From Vezdaea acicularis (Eukaryota), in NCBI GenBank assembly GCA_026025075.1, contig JAPEUI010000072.1, positions 62,001 through 89,774 of the forward strand: a DNA stretch of 27,774 nucleotides. Reading direction: 5' to 3'. Below are positions 10,339 through 22,654 of this stretch, one piece after another. The position numbers and the translations under genes are program-made. Numbering within the stretch: the first letter of the stretch is position 1; every line of letters begins with the position of its first letter. The notes under the pieces are model-generated. The model worked only from the letters and a program-made list of their open reading frames with translations, had not been told where the DNA came from and did no database searches.

Positions 10339-12080
10339 ATGTATTATCTTCCCCCTCTTAGACGTTGGCTTCTGCCGACTCTTGTTACTCTTGTTATCAT
10401 CTTTTTCTATAAGACTTATTCACAAATAGAAACGCCTGTTCCAAGATCCCTCTTCCAGTACTCTTCAAAGCCTCCGTCTGAGGTCGTCCGAATTCCAATC
10501 TCTGAGCTAAAACACAAAACTCTTCCACATCTCAACAGTTCTCAAAACCATGCGTCCCCTGCAAAAGAATATTATTATAGTTATAAAGAGCAGAAAGATG
10601 ACCCAGCCAGCAACTCTATTTCTGCCTGGGCCAATCCGGCTTCAAATTCTCACCTCGACGTTCTCTTTCAGTGCCCTAACAAGCCAAACCAGTTCACAAA
10701 TCACATACGTCTTCCGAATATCATTCAGAACATCTCGAACATCCCTCCTCTACCCACTGTGAAGGATACAAGAGCCTTTTGGAATCCGACAATCATCTCT
10801 TTACCATACTGGTCAAAGAATCAGTACCTCCTCGTCAGTCGGATCGTTACCAACGGCCTTCATCAGGAAAATGTCGTTTGCGAGGCCAATATTTGCAATG
10901 CTGGCTTGAGTAAAGTTACGAGGGACTGGGAACAGCCTTGTACAGGTGAGGATCTGACTTATACCGGTCCTAGTGGTGGTATGAGATGTGCCTCGCCACC
11001 AAAGATACTCGGTGTCCCTCCGACCCCGGCCGAGCAATGCGAGGGCAAATACGGCGCTTACGTGGACATTCCGGGCTTTCATGATCCTCGCATCTTCTGG
11101 AGTGAGAAGGGGGAACCTATAATGATGGTCAATACCCAGTGAGTACTTCCAAAAGGACTCTGCGTTCTTAGGCTGTCGCTGAATTCCCTACAAGGTCCCG
11201 GTATGCCTGCTTTGGCTTGTGGGCAATCGATCTCCGGACTCTGCATACCTCGCTTGAATCCCTTCTCAGCTCCTCTCCGACACATCCGTCCTTAGGGCCC
11301 CTTATGTCTTATCCTACACTAACGGAGCTTACAAGAAACCCGCCTGAAGATCGTTCTCCGATTGAAAAGAATTGGATGCACTTTTTCACAGTGGATGGAA
11401 GCTCTTATCTGCATTACGACCTATCAGCCCGTGGCGGGCGTACCTTTGCAAAGCTACTTGGGGGAGGTCTTACCACTGTCAACTTGACAGATCCTCTTGA
11501 ATTGCCTTGCTTGATTGACAATGACCCTGACGAAAAGGAGGAAATGAAGAAGAAGAAAGGAACCTGGCACCAAGCAACTAATTCTCTACGACTGGTCTTA
11601 TGTTATCGCGCAGATGCGCGTTGCAAACCTACTTCAGAGAACACCGTTTTCTTTGCAATCATACATCACAAGTATCCAAATTACCTAAAGCTACCCCTTC
11701 GCTATGAGCGCTTCGTGATGGTGTGGTCTGCGACACCACCATTCAGTATGTTGGGGATCTCGGAGCACCCGATCCAAATGGCGAACGAGACTGCGTCTGG
11801 ATTTAGCGACGCAGAGAACTGGGAAGACGATGAGATCGCCCTTAAGGAAGGGAGAAGTAACTGGGCCTACTTCACATATACTACGAGTATTGCCTATGCT
11901 TGGGGAAGAGCAAGCGACGAGCCAGAGAACAAGAATTGGGGTTATTTGGACGATGAGATCATTCTGAGTATTGGAATTGATGATGCCGGCCAGGGATTGG
12001 CGAGAATTGATGCCAAAGATTTGTTGCAGTGTCTGAGAGCCTGTCCGGGACGTGGGAAGAAAGGGGGAGAAGAATATTGA
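10339..12080 (+). CDS. Type II membrane protein resembling the beta-1,2-mannosyltransferase (GT91/BMT) / five-bladed beta-propeller fold. Exons 10339-11138, 11195-12080
   Basis: Short N-terminus plus signal anchor (RRWLLPTLVTLVIIFFY). Motifs WNPTII, GFHDPRIFW and IEKNWMHF, and C-terminal SIGIDD. Intron GTGAGT..CAAG restores NTQSRYACFGLWAIDLR. The upstream in-frame ATG at 10156 is possible but less likely. Confidence 0.6.
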
Positions 12081-12597
12081 GTCGAAAGTGCCCCAGAACA
12101 TTAGGATTTCCCTCGGGAAATTAGGGAAGTGCATGTCGGCCTAGCAAAGGCCATCTTATCTTATGAGACCTTTAGAGGCCTTCTCGTACAAGAGTCGAAT
12201 TTTAAAATCGATTGAATGCGGCTGCCATTAGGGGAGGTCGAAAAGTGAAGCGCTTGGCGCAATGCTTGTCATAAGCTTTTGAAATGAAACCTTGCATATG
12301 CCGCTATATCCGTTGCGTTCCGGAGAATCATTTTGATATCACGTCTTCCGAGCTACACAGTGATTGGACAATGCTGCAGAGGCCTGACCGTTCCCGCTCC
12401 AGTAGAAAAGTCTCGAACCGAAAATCATGACGTCGCTTCGAAGCTCACCACGCGAGAGGTATTGAAAGATAAGATCCAATGATGCAGAAACGTTAACATT
12501 TTCCAATCTGGCTACAAAATTTTCAAGACCGTTGTCCAGACTATCGAGAAGCCTCAATCTTCCAATTCCCCATTCGTGGGTCAGATATCTATCCACA

Positions 12598-13405
12598 ATG
12601 GCTCAGACTCACAGTAAGGCTTGTTGCACAATCCCGCCAATTGTTTCAAAGGACTATGAACCTAAGGGCAAGTATGAAGAGATCAATGGCATGAAAACTT
12701 GTTAGTGGCCTCAAGCCCCTAAATCATCTCATTTCATTCAATTGATAAATATCAGATACTACCGGCCCCGCTTCCGCAACCAAAGGCCTCCTCGTCGTCT
12801 TCGACATCTTCGGCTTCTACCCCCAAACCCTCCAGGGCGCCGACATCCTTGCCAACAGTGACAAAGAGCACCCTTTGCGAGTCTTCATACCCGATTTCTT
12901 CGACGGTAAACCTGCAGACATGAGCTGGTACCCGCCCAATACCAAGGAGAAGGAGGGGAAGTTGGGCGAATTTTTCAAGACTACCGCTGCGCCCCCAACG
13001 GCAGTGGAGAAGGTACCGAAGATTATGGCCGAGCTGAAGAAGGTATCGCCGGAAGTCACTTCTTGGGGAATTGTAGGGTACTGCTGGGGCGGCAAGGTGG
13101 CTTCGATAGTGTCGCAAGAGACAACGACTTTCAGTGCAGCAGCTATGGTCCATCCTGCGATGGTCGATCCTACCGAGGCTGCAGGTATCCAGATTCCGTT
13201 CTGTCTGCTCGCCTCAAAGGACGAGGATAAGGACAAGGTGGCTAAATATGCGGAGGCGCTGACAAAGCAGAAGTACGTGGAGACATTTGGAGACCAAATC
13301 CATGGTTGGATGGGAGCTAGGGCAGATCTGGACGATCCGAATGTCAGGAAGGAGTATGAACGCGGATACGAAATCCTCTTGGACTTCTATCATAAGTATT
13401 TGTAG
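12598..13405 (+). CDS. Dienelactone hydrolase family protein. Exons 12598-12700, 12756-13405
   Basis: N-terminal SKACCTIPP, FDIFGF, PDFF, nucleophile motif GYCWG, and HGWMGAR His motif. One GTTAGT..TCAG intron. Confidence 0.9.
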
Positions 13406-13601
13406 ATTGAGATTTACAAAAGGAAGATTGAAGTCGGTCTGACCATAGTGCCGTATAGCAGGGCTATTCGCCATATATCTTGAAGTAAAGATTTCTAAAC
13501 CATGTATGGCCAATGTTTCCACATGAACGAAATTCTAGAACATAGAGTCTAATACCGTGGCCTTACATCCTAAGACAGCAGGCTAAGCACTCCAGTACTA
13601 C

Positions 13602-15416
13602 TTATTCCTTTGCTTTGGGGCTGATCATTAGCTGCGGACGCACGTATTGGTCAAAATCTTCCGCACTGAGCGCATCGAGCTGCATCGCGCTCTCTTTCAG
13701 ACTAAGGCCCTTCTTATGCGCATTCTTAGCGACCTTAGAGGCCATGTCATAGCCGATGATTGGGTTCAAGCAAGTGACGAGCATAAGACTGGAGTGTTTG
13801 TTAGCTCTGGAAGAGGATCATGTGCTGCTTTGACCATACCTCTCGTTCAACAGCGTAGAGATTCTCTTCTCGTCAGCCTCGATTCCTTCAACAAGGTGTC
13901 TCTCAAAGCCTCGCATTGAGTCCGACAATATCCTTATACTGTGCAAAAGGTTCCGGATGAGCACAGGCTTGAAAACATTTAGTTCAAATTGGCCGCTCAT
14001 CCCTGAGATGGTTACAGCAGTGTGATTACCCATGACTTGGGCACAAACCATAGTCAATGCCTCACATTGGGTAGGGTTGACTTTTCCAGGCATAATAGAT
14101 GACCCTGGTTCGTTTTCAGGTAATCGCAACTCGCCCAGCCCGCAACGCGGCCCGGACCCAAGATATCGAATATCCTGGGCAATTTTGAATAAGGAGCACG
14201 CCAAAGTGTTCAAAGCCCCCGACGCTTCAACGATAGCATCATGAGCTGCGAGACTTTCGAACTTGTTTGGGGCCGTAATGAACTGTGTCTTGGTCATATT
14301 GCTCACCTCTTTTGCGATTGCCTCAGCAAATCCTTGGTAGGTATTCAGTCCTGTACCAACAGCTGTGCCGCCTTGCGCTAGCAGGCGTAGGTGCGGTAAC
14401 ACCGACTCCACCCGCGTTATTCCATGCTCAAGCTGGGTTACATACCCTGAAAATTCTTGGCCAAGTGTAAGGGGCGTCGCGTCCTGAAGATGAGTTCGAC
14501 CGATCTTAATGATATCTTTGAACTCCTCGCTCTTCTCTTGCATAGCATTTTTGAGGCTACTCAGTGCGGGAAGGAGCTCTTGCTCAATTTCAAGGACAGC
14601 AGCAATATGCATCACGGTTGGGAAAGTGTCATTTGAGGATGCAGACATGTTGACGTGATCATTAGGGTGGACCGGCTTCTTCGTACCCATAGTTCCTCCA
14701 AGTATTTCTATCGCCCGGTTCGAAATGACTTCATTCGCATTCATGTTTGACTGAGTCCCGGATCCCGTTTGCCACACCACGAGGGGGAAATGGTCAATAA
14801 GCTTCAGAGACTCAACTTCAGAAGCTGCTTGTTGGATAGCTTTCCCAATCTTGGGATCTTGGTCAAATCAGCGATGTAACATTCGATATTGGTGGGTCCC
14901 GTTACCGAGTCCAAAGGTCATGTTCACAGTCGCCGCAGCACCTTTGAGTATCCCAAATGCCCGTATAACGGGTGGAGGCATTCGATCTTGAGGTTGGTTG
15001 ATCTTGAAGTTCTCTAGTGACCGTTCCGTCTGAGCCCCCCAATACTTGTCATGAGGCACCTAGAAAATTGTCAAACCCCTTAGTCAACAAGACAAGACAA
15101 TCTAGGCATAGGATACCTGTATTTCTCCGAAAGCATCACTTTCTATCCTCATACTAGATGCCATTGGTGCGCTGGTACAAAAAGTCCGTCGTAGCCTTGA
15201 GTTTGATTTCTGCGGATCGCTCAGTTCTACTTGTAATCCAGGTTTTCGGTTTCGGTCGTTAGCGGTCTTGGGTACGGAGCCAGAGCTGAATCTGCGACAT
15301 TGATGGTATAAAATGACACGCGGAGGAGGCTGAAATCGTCGTGTAGACTTCGTAGCATATACGAGGGTACTCCGCAACGCGCTAGCCGCCGGCGAAGCTG
15401 CTGTTATACAGCTCAT
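13602..15416 (-). CDS. FUM1: Fumarate hydratase (class II) with mitochondrial presequence. Exons 15416-15117, 15059-14906, 14857-13840, 13788-13602
   Basis: [49 protein letters not shown] and signature [15 protein letters not shown]. Three GT-AG introns. Arg/Ser-rich N-terminal extension. Confidence 0.97.
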
Positions 15417-15763
15417 GATTACTAGGAGCTCAGTCGAGCAACAATTCGAGTTGAAGGCTCAATTGAAGGCCGCGAGCTCCAGCCGCAGTACTGGAATAAG
15501 CCGTCCCGCTCTTCAATCACAATCTAGTCATTTGAGCAACAGGCCAAAGCAAGAATCGTATCAAGCTGCGCGGGCTAATTTATTCTCTTGTCAGGTCGAC
15601 CACAATCTACGCTTTACCGAGTTCGGAAATATATCTCAGAAGATCACGTGCGATCGACCAATCGAGGTTCACGGAAAGGTCCCCAGTGATTTTATCGTGC
15701 GCGCTAGGAGTCTTACGAGGCTACTAGTTACAAGTGTAGCGTCTCCTCAAGACACGCTATTAG

Positions 15764-16684
15764 TCAGGGCTTTTCGACAGCTTTCTTGGCCTGTTCAGCG
15801 GCATGGTCTGCATGCTCTACAGCTTCGACAATGAATGCACCCCCTAAAAGGATCGCGGGCTCATCAATTTGATGATGTTCATAGCTGCATCATGAGCGTA
15901 AGTCATTGGAACGATTCCCGGAAGCGATTAGCGCGTGTGAAGACGAACCTCAAAGTCCCAATGCCACCCGCTTCTAACAGAAAAATTGGTCCGTCCTGTA
16001 ACGTTTTCCCTGTCCATCTCATGGCAAATGCTCTCAGTATATGTCCATGTGCCACAAGAAGCACATCGCCAGTTACCGGAGCATCTTTTGCCGCTGGTTT
16101 CATGGCTTTCTGATGGAACCGAGCTCTTAAGTCAGCAATGAGCCTATCAACCCTTTTCGTCACATCTTCAGGGGATTCGCCGCCAGGACAGCCATCTTTC
16201 CAAATGTCCCATCGCTCAGACCCAAGTTTTTCCTTCCTCTGGGCTCGGATCTGGCTAGAAGTAAGGCCTTCATAGTCTCCGTAGTCCCACTCTCGGATAT
16301 CATCGGTGACTTCGACTTTGGCTTCAGTTCGGACCTCGTCATCGGAATGTCCTCGATTTGTTTGCCAGGGAAACTTCTCCCTACACCCCAGTCCAAGTAA
16401 CTCAAGAGTGAGACGGGCACGCCGCCGAGGAGAGACATATCTAGTTTGCTCGAGATTATTAGGCGTAACTCACGTTATGTGCAGCCGGGAATGTAGGGAA
16501 GTTACATGTGTGCAAGCTGGCTTGGCACAATGAGTCTATTGTTTCCTACCAAGGCCTTGCCGGTCGCCTCAATGCGACGATAGCCATTCTCCGTAAGGGG
16601 TAACTCGGTAGTTCCAGTGTGGCGGCCATTCAAGGACCACTCTGTCTCTCCATGACGAATTATAAAAGCGCGAGGGGCAGCCAT
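15764..16684 (-). CDS. SHB17: Histidine phosphatase (PGM superfamily), sedoheptulose-1,7-bisphosphatase SHB17-like. Exons 16684-16506, 16440-15949, 15884-15764
   Basis: RHGETEWSLNGRHTG, YVSPRRRA, EWDYGDYEGLT, WDIWKDGCPGGESP, VAHGHILR and SYEHHQIDEPA after two frame-preserving introns. Confidence 0.88.
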
Positions 16685-17415
16685 CAACACGACAAGCTCG
16701 AAAGCCTCGTCTGTCTAGCAGATTGGCAGATCGATAATGGTGGGACTTGAAGAATGAGATCGTGGATGAAACGACTGAACCTATTTTATGGCTATAAAGC
16801 CAAAACACTCAGTAAAGGAATACGAGATACATGACACGTGCTATAGACGTTATTTGTAGGGCACCGGGGAAGTTGGCCCCACCTGTACCCTTGTATGACC
16901 TTATTAAAACTGCATCAAGCCAGAATTGGTACGGTTATACTAGATGTGGGAAACAATGTCAGGTCGGAATCATGGTCTCTATATTTTGCCGAGGACTCCG
17001 CTAGCTTTACGGCGAAGCGATGGACAAAAATGATGGCGAATAAGGGATCCTTCTACACACAACAAATTCATCGAACTCAAAGGATGCAGAACGCCCCTAA
17101 AAAGGCTGCGGCATGGCCGTGGGCATAATACTCCAAAGAGAGCAAAGGCGTAGTGTTCTCGAGCTAATACCAAGAAGGAGATCATTCAAAGAGGAAGTTG
17201 GAGTAGAGCTGCAAAATTCATTGACTTCGATTTTTTGATTGGCTCGCAACTACTGCAGTTCCCTTTGATTGATTGGCCCTAGGAGTAAGCGAGTTTTACC
17301 CCGGTTAATGGCTTGTTAAAGCCGCCTGCTGTAATTTTTCTCAACATCTACTTATGGATCACTACCGGCATGGTCCCACTACTGTGACTTTCCAAACGCC
17401 CAAAGACCTGTAACC

Positions 17416-17731
17416 ATGCAGAGTGTACAGAGGGTGCGTCGTTTGATTGTGTCAATCTCGATCGTAGCGACGACTGCGCTTGGTACTTGGTATGGGGCCG
17501 GCCTTAAGACGCAACGGGAGCTAAGTCAGGTAACTCCAAGGCGTCCAGACGGCGGAATCATTAGACGAAAGCTGATAAGTCTAAAAGGCAGATGATTTTA
17601 ACGCAGTAGTCTCAACGGAAAAAAAGATTGACCTCCTGCAACAGAGATTGGAAGACTTGAAGAAGAGGCGAGCAAAAGAACAAGACCTGCTTACAGGAAT
17701 CGAGAGAAGAATAGTTGAGACTAAGGGCTAA
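17416..17731 (+). CDS. Small 85-aa single-TM + coiled-coil protein. Exons 17416-17529, 17588-17731
   Basis: accATG. MQSVQRVRRLIVSISIVATTALGTWYGAGLKTQRELSQ|ADDFNAVVSTEKKIDLLQQRLEDLKKRRAKEQDLLTGIERRIVETKG*. Intron CAG|GTAACT..GCTGAT..AAG is phase 0. Confidence 0.75.
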
Positions 17732-18081
17732 CTTTGCTGCGTGCAAGCATTGTTTTCATTATGGGCTTAATCAACGAAGAGATCGAAAGAGACGTTCGCA
17801 AGAGTGATCGCGGAAAGGATACATGGGTTGCTATCCTGCAGTCTATGAGTACATACAGCACGGCACTCGAAAGCCTGCTTCAGCGAGAACTGGTAACTGA
17901 GATTCCAGCTCGGCACTATATAACTTGCTCGTGACGCCCTGTCGTCAATGCTACGCTTATACATGGAGCCCTTTCACCTCTGTGGTTCATCAACCAAACG
18001 CTCCGACGCCCAAGGCCCAGCTGTAGGATTAGTCCGACATGCTAAGATCAAGACAATGTCCGCTTGCAAGGATGCATGTGT

Positions 18082-19963
18082 TTAGTCGGCCATCTTCGTA
18101 TCGGCATCAAGCTCCTCTTTCGAAGGGAGAGGCACGGCGCGATATAGCAAGATTAGAGCAGAGTGCGTTTCCCCTGAACTCGGTTTAGAAATGGTAGTCA
18201 AAAGGAGGAAAGAAGGACTTACCACCACCAGAAAGCGTGTCGATCTTTTCGCCCGGCACGTCGGTGACCTTGTCATCGTTGAACCACCACCAACTCCCAT
18301 CCTCAGGCCCTCGTTTCCCCGTCTCGGGATCTTTCGGGCCTTCTTTCTTAACATAAGAAGTATAATGGCCACTGTCAGCGCTTGCTCCTTGATGTGTGAT
18401 CACACTTCGAAGTTCATAAAGTCCCGAACAATTTGCTCCATCATCCGCAGCAAGAGCCGGGTTTATAAGTTTGAAAAGCTCTTTCTTTGCCATTATGACA
18501 GCTTCAGCGCGCTCAGCATCATACTCGGCATCGGTTTTGAAAACCGTTTCTGGCTCGGTGGATTCGCCATTTCCTTGTTTTGAATCTTCTTTTCTGACTG
18601 GCTCTTTCTTGTTCTTCGTCGTAGTTGCAGTAGACTTTTCCGCCTCTGTAGCAGCATGGATACGTTTATGACGCTTTCGAGACCGTTCAACATCTTCTTC
18701 GTCTTTCCGAACTTCACGAATTTTATCGCGAACGGGTATAAGCATTCCTTTCAGCTCGTCGGTGCAAAATTCAACCATGTCAAGTTCACGAGGGAAGGTA
18801 ACCTTTCTCATTATCTTGGCCTTCTTTTGCGCCTCTTTCTTCCAGAAGAATCGCATGAAATGTACTGTGAGATATTTCGGAAGACGAGCTATTCGCGAGG
18901 TCTTGGTATATATGGCATCACGATCCAATTTCGGCGACTTCTTCTCAAGCTTCTCTTGTAGCCCTGCAAGAATTCCGTCGCGGAGGTGATTAGTCTGTAG
19001 GCCAATGTGACAATCCAATTTGAGGAATTCGCTCTCGCTCCTTATTGGCTCTTCGCCGGCTTCCTTCACAGCTAGCTCATCACACTCAAGCACCGACTCA
19101 AACTTGCCAGCAAGATATTTGTCGATAAAAGAGACATCTGGCTCTGCTGAAGCATCTGCAGCCCCTAAGACCTCACCGTTCTTCAACTTTAGCTTTCCCC
19201 TTAATTGAGAAACTATCTGGGACCAAGCTTCCTCCGCATCTTGCTGTGCATAACCGTTTCCTGATTTAGCCTTTTGCGCAAATTGAGGAAACGCCGTTCG
19301 AAGGGCACTCAGGAACATGATTGGCGGGAACCCTTCCTGTGTCTCCGACATTTGCTTGTAAAGGTCCCTTAAAGATGCTGTAAGGTCCAAAGATGAGCCG
19401 AATCCACCGAGACCTAGGGCGCCGAGTGCTCCTGTCCCGTCAGCGCCGCTTGCCGCGCTCGATCCACCACTCGAGCTGGTGGGCGTATATTTTCCTAATT
19501 GCTGCTGCAACTCAGGCAAGACCTTCAATGTTTGCAATGTCGAGTTAAGATAGCAGGTGTTCCCTAAATTCTGCAGCCCAGCAGGAATAGCACCATCTTG
19601 CTTTGCTATCTCAGCTTCTGTCATGTCTTCGACAAAACGAGGCTTTTCCTTTGGCCTTTGTAATTCTTCCTTTGCACTACTAGCGGTGCCTAGCATCATG
19701 AAGACATGCCCAGCCTTGATATTAAGGGTTGAAAGCTTCGCATCGTCCTTCAGCTGCACGCCCTTGACAAGAATCTTCTGACGATTAGGTTCAACGCCCG
19801 TAAGTGAATAGAGTTGGTACTTGAAGGTCTCTCCGTTGGAGTCTGGCTCGAACTCAACGTCATAGCGCTTGCCCTGATGCTTCACGACCACTGTAATTAT
19901 TGTGAGTGCAATTCGTGAAAGACTTACAGTGAATATAGTAGGTTTACCTGGTATAGTCGCCAT
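18082..19963 (-). CDS. UBP6: Proteasome-associated ubiquitin C-terminal hydrolase (USP14/Ubp6). Exons 19963-19948, 19890-18223, 18173-18082
   Basis: N-terminal UBL domain (VKHQGKRY..YSLTGVEPNRQKILVKG), Cys box GLQNLGNTCYLNS, QQDAEE, His box SADSGHY, WFNDDKV and C-terminal GGGETHSALILLY. Confidence 0.96.
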
Positions 19964-20316
19964 CTTGCCCCAAGATCAGGACAGCACTGTTTGAAACAAT
20001 CTTGTTTCTGTTAATTTTCCCCAGGAGCTTACCAATATTGTGCAGGCCACGGAAATTCGGTTTAATGGCACAAAAACGTGAAAATATCCTGATATGATTG
20101 TGGCTTATAAGATTCAGCTTGTGGTGCTGAGATGAAATAACGTTCGGCATAAGTTTGCCCCAATACCTGCGTGCTATAAATTCGGAGCGAAACGGCAAAT
20201 TCCGTAGATATTGTTTAGCGGAGACTAGGGGCCTTATGTGATAAGCTAGCAGTCAACCACAACGTTTTTGAGAGTGTAAAAAGCAGGTGATATATTGGAC
20301 TTTCCCATTTGTGGCC

Positions 20317-21098
20317 ATGGTTAGTGCTCTATTCTCACCTCTTCGCATTGTCACGATGTCACTTATAAGGATATTCTAGTCTCAATCACTCCGACCATAT
20401 CTTCTTTGCGTGCGGTCGTCCCTGACTGCTGCCCTTTCCCTATCGAACTTTGCCTCACAAACCGCTGAGCGACATAACGTTGCTGAAATTGAAGCCAAAT
20501 CATCTCCCGAGGTACTATTGAATCCTATAACAGTATCGAGGAACGAGAATGAGCGGGTTTTCATCGAGCCTAGTGTCAACAGTGTCCGCATAAGCATCAA
20601 GATAAAACAGGCCGATGAGATTGAGCATATTTTGGTACACAAATTTACGAGGTTTTTGACGCAGAGAGCCGAAGCATTCTTTGTTCTTCGGAGAAAACCT
20701 GTCGTTGTGAGCCATCTTACCTTAGGTAGCTGCTGATAAAAACATTGCCTTACCAAAAACAGGGATATGATATCTCTTTCCTCATCACCAATACGCACAC
20801 GGAGGAAATGCTCAAGCACAAGCTAGTAGATTTCATAATACAATTCATGGAGGAGGTAGATAAGGAGATCTCAGAAATGAAGCTTTTTGTAAGTCCATAG
20901 GCTTATGCAGTCTGAAGCTAACCCGCAATCGCTTGTCCAATACTGACTTGTTACTCTCCGACTAAAGCTAAACGCCAGAGCAAGATTTGTTGCTGAATCT
21001 TTCCTTACACCGGTGAGCACATTCACGGCCTTGCTTCTTAACCTTGATCCTACGAAGACTGTTGATGCTAATCCTTATTTGCTTTACAGTTTGACTGA
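20317..21098 (+). CDS. ARPC4: Arp2/3 complex subunit 4 (p20-ARC/Arc19). Exons 20317-20319, 20380-20706, 20763-20888, 20968-21012, 21090-21098
   Basis: Spliced 169 aa [34 protein letters not shown]...[20 protein letters not shown]...[10 protein letters not shown]...[17 protein letters not shown]. First coding exon is ATG only; last is 9 nt. Confidence 0.96.
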
Positions 21099-21954
21099 TT
21101 ATGACACTTGCTTTGTGATCTTTCAAATTGGCGTCCGGCGTTAAAGGATTGGGGACTCGGCCATTCAAGGCTTTGATTGCTCACAATCGTGCTCAAGATC
21201 GTATTTAAATAGGACATGGACGTTACGGTTAATCTAAGGGACCAAGTTATGGCCGGTCCCGATAAGTCGTATCAAAGGTATGCCATTAGTGCTCAAGTGA
21301 ATGCAGCAAACAACGGTTACGGGCTTGCCCGTTTCATTCCATATCCATTTCCCCATGATTCGCGTTTTTGAATAAATTCTGTAGAATTTGTTTATTCTAC
21401 GTTTCCTTGGATGACTTCTGAGTCGTCCTTTAGTGACTCTAGCCGAGCGAGCGGCACCCGATGCTGAGGTCCTACGTATTGGGAGCCCTTTACTTCCTCT
21501 AGTCGCTAGAGTTGTGGAATTCTTGCATGTTTTCTTATCACCTCCTGCACTACCCAAAGAGGATGGTTTATGCCACCAGCAGGCAAACAGTAAATCGTAT
21601 AGAGTTGTGTAGCTGTTGGGGTGCTGCATTGAGAACTCCTTGGTTCATCAACTAGCCGTCATACAATGCTTGACAGCTGTGGCTAGTGCGGTAATCTCGT
21701 TGTGCATGGTCATGCCGTGTGGTATACATTCTATGCTGCATAGTATCGCCTTCGGCCGACATGATAGACGAGCCGATGCCTGCCCAAGAGTTGGGTGATC
21801 TCGGAAGGAAGAGTGATGGATTTCTCAGCATTCGTTGTATTCCATTCCACTTAGGTCCGAGAATACCTCGACCTGTCTCCCTTAGCATGGTTTTCATATC
21901 TTAAACAGTCGCTAAAGACCCTTTCCCACCAGTCGTGAGGGAGGCGAGTACATT

Positions 21955-22135
21955 TCTTTTCGTGGAAGGTCTGCCGAATTTCTGTCGCTTGCACACTCTC
22001 GCGACACTTCATTCACTGTTCACCAATCCTCCTTCATCTCACCATACATATCATCCATACTCACAAGCTCTGTCCTGAGCTATTCAGACTTGAAGCTTTC
22101 ATCCCTCTTATCTCTCTCACCTTAAACCTCGCCCA
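21955..22135 (+). promoter_or_regulatory. CT-rich tract typical of fungal core promoter / 5' leader of the downstream gene
   Basis: Pyrimidine-rich, G-poor stretch upstream of the ATGs at 22310 and 22655. Confidence 0.35.
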
Positions 22136-22654
22136 CATGGTATCTTAGCCATCGCTTCGTTGTGGGTCCACCTTGCCTTACCCTCAAGTAGGTGCCCACT
22201 CTCACATCTTTCCACAACAAGCATTACGGCAACAGTGGCTACGGCATATAATTTGCCCATCGATACTTCCTAAGCTGTTTGAGACCGAAGACCCAGCATA
22301 CACTGCTTCATGAGCGACGTATCAACCTCACCGTCATCCTCAAGGTGTGTGAACGTTCAACTCTTCGAGTTCGGCCATGACTTCTCTTATTTATGCGTAC
22401 ATCACCTCCTTTCACACTTGATACGGCCTAGGATGCTTCGTACAGCTGCAGAGGGTGCATTGCTTCCATATCCGCCCTCATTAGCCTGGGTATAATATCT
22501 TTAACGAGTCAATCTTATGTCTTGGTTATCGAGTTAGCCATAACACACCTCAGTCTCATTACCATTACGTGTCCGACCGCATCATCGCTTTCCTCTTATG
22601 TACTGATAGATTACCGGTAGATTTTCCATGTAGTTAGCTGACCTCTCAAATAGG

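Noticed and set aside
15415..15834. 139-aa + strand ORF between FUM1 and SHB17
   Set aside because: Antisense to both neighbours, spans the FUM1 promoter and SHB17 3' end, and has no domain-like features.
8112..19781. Numerous antisense and alternate-frame ORFs inside MFS, DLH, FUM1 and UBP6
   Set aside because: Shadow ORFs of real coding sequence with no independent evidence.
20024..20029. GGAGCT, a possible proteasome-regulon motif upstream of UBP6
   Set aside because: A single hexamer about 60 nt from the ATG is expected by chance, and no canonical GGTGGCAAA is present.
2650..21098. Idea that ALDH, MFS, hydrolases, fumarase and phosphatase form a metabolic gene cluster
   Set aside because: No backbone biosynthetic enzyme or shared pathway; interspersed with housekeeping genes (FUM1, UBP6, ARPC4), as in ordinary fungal gene order.
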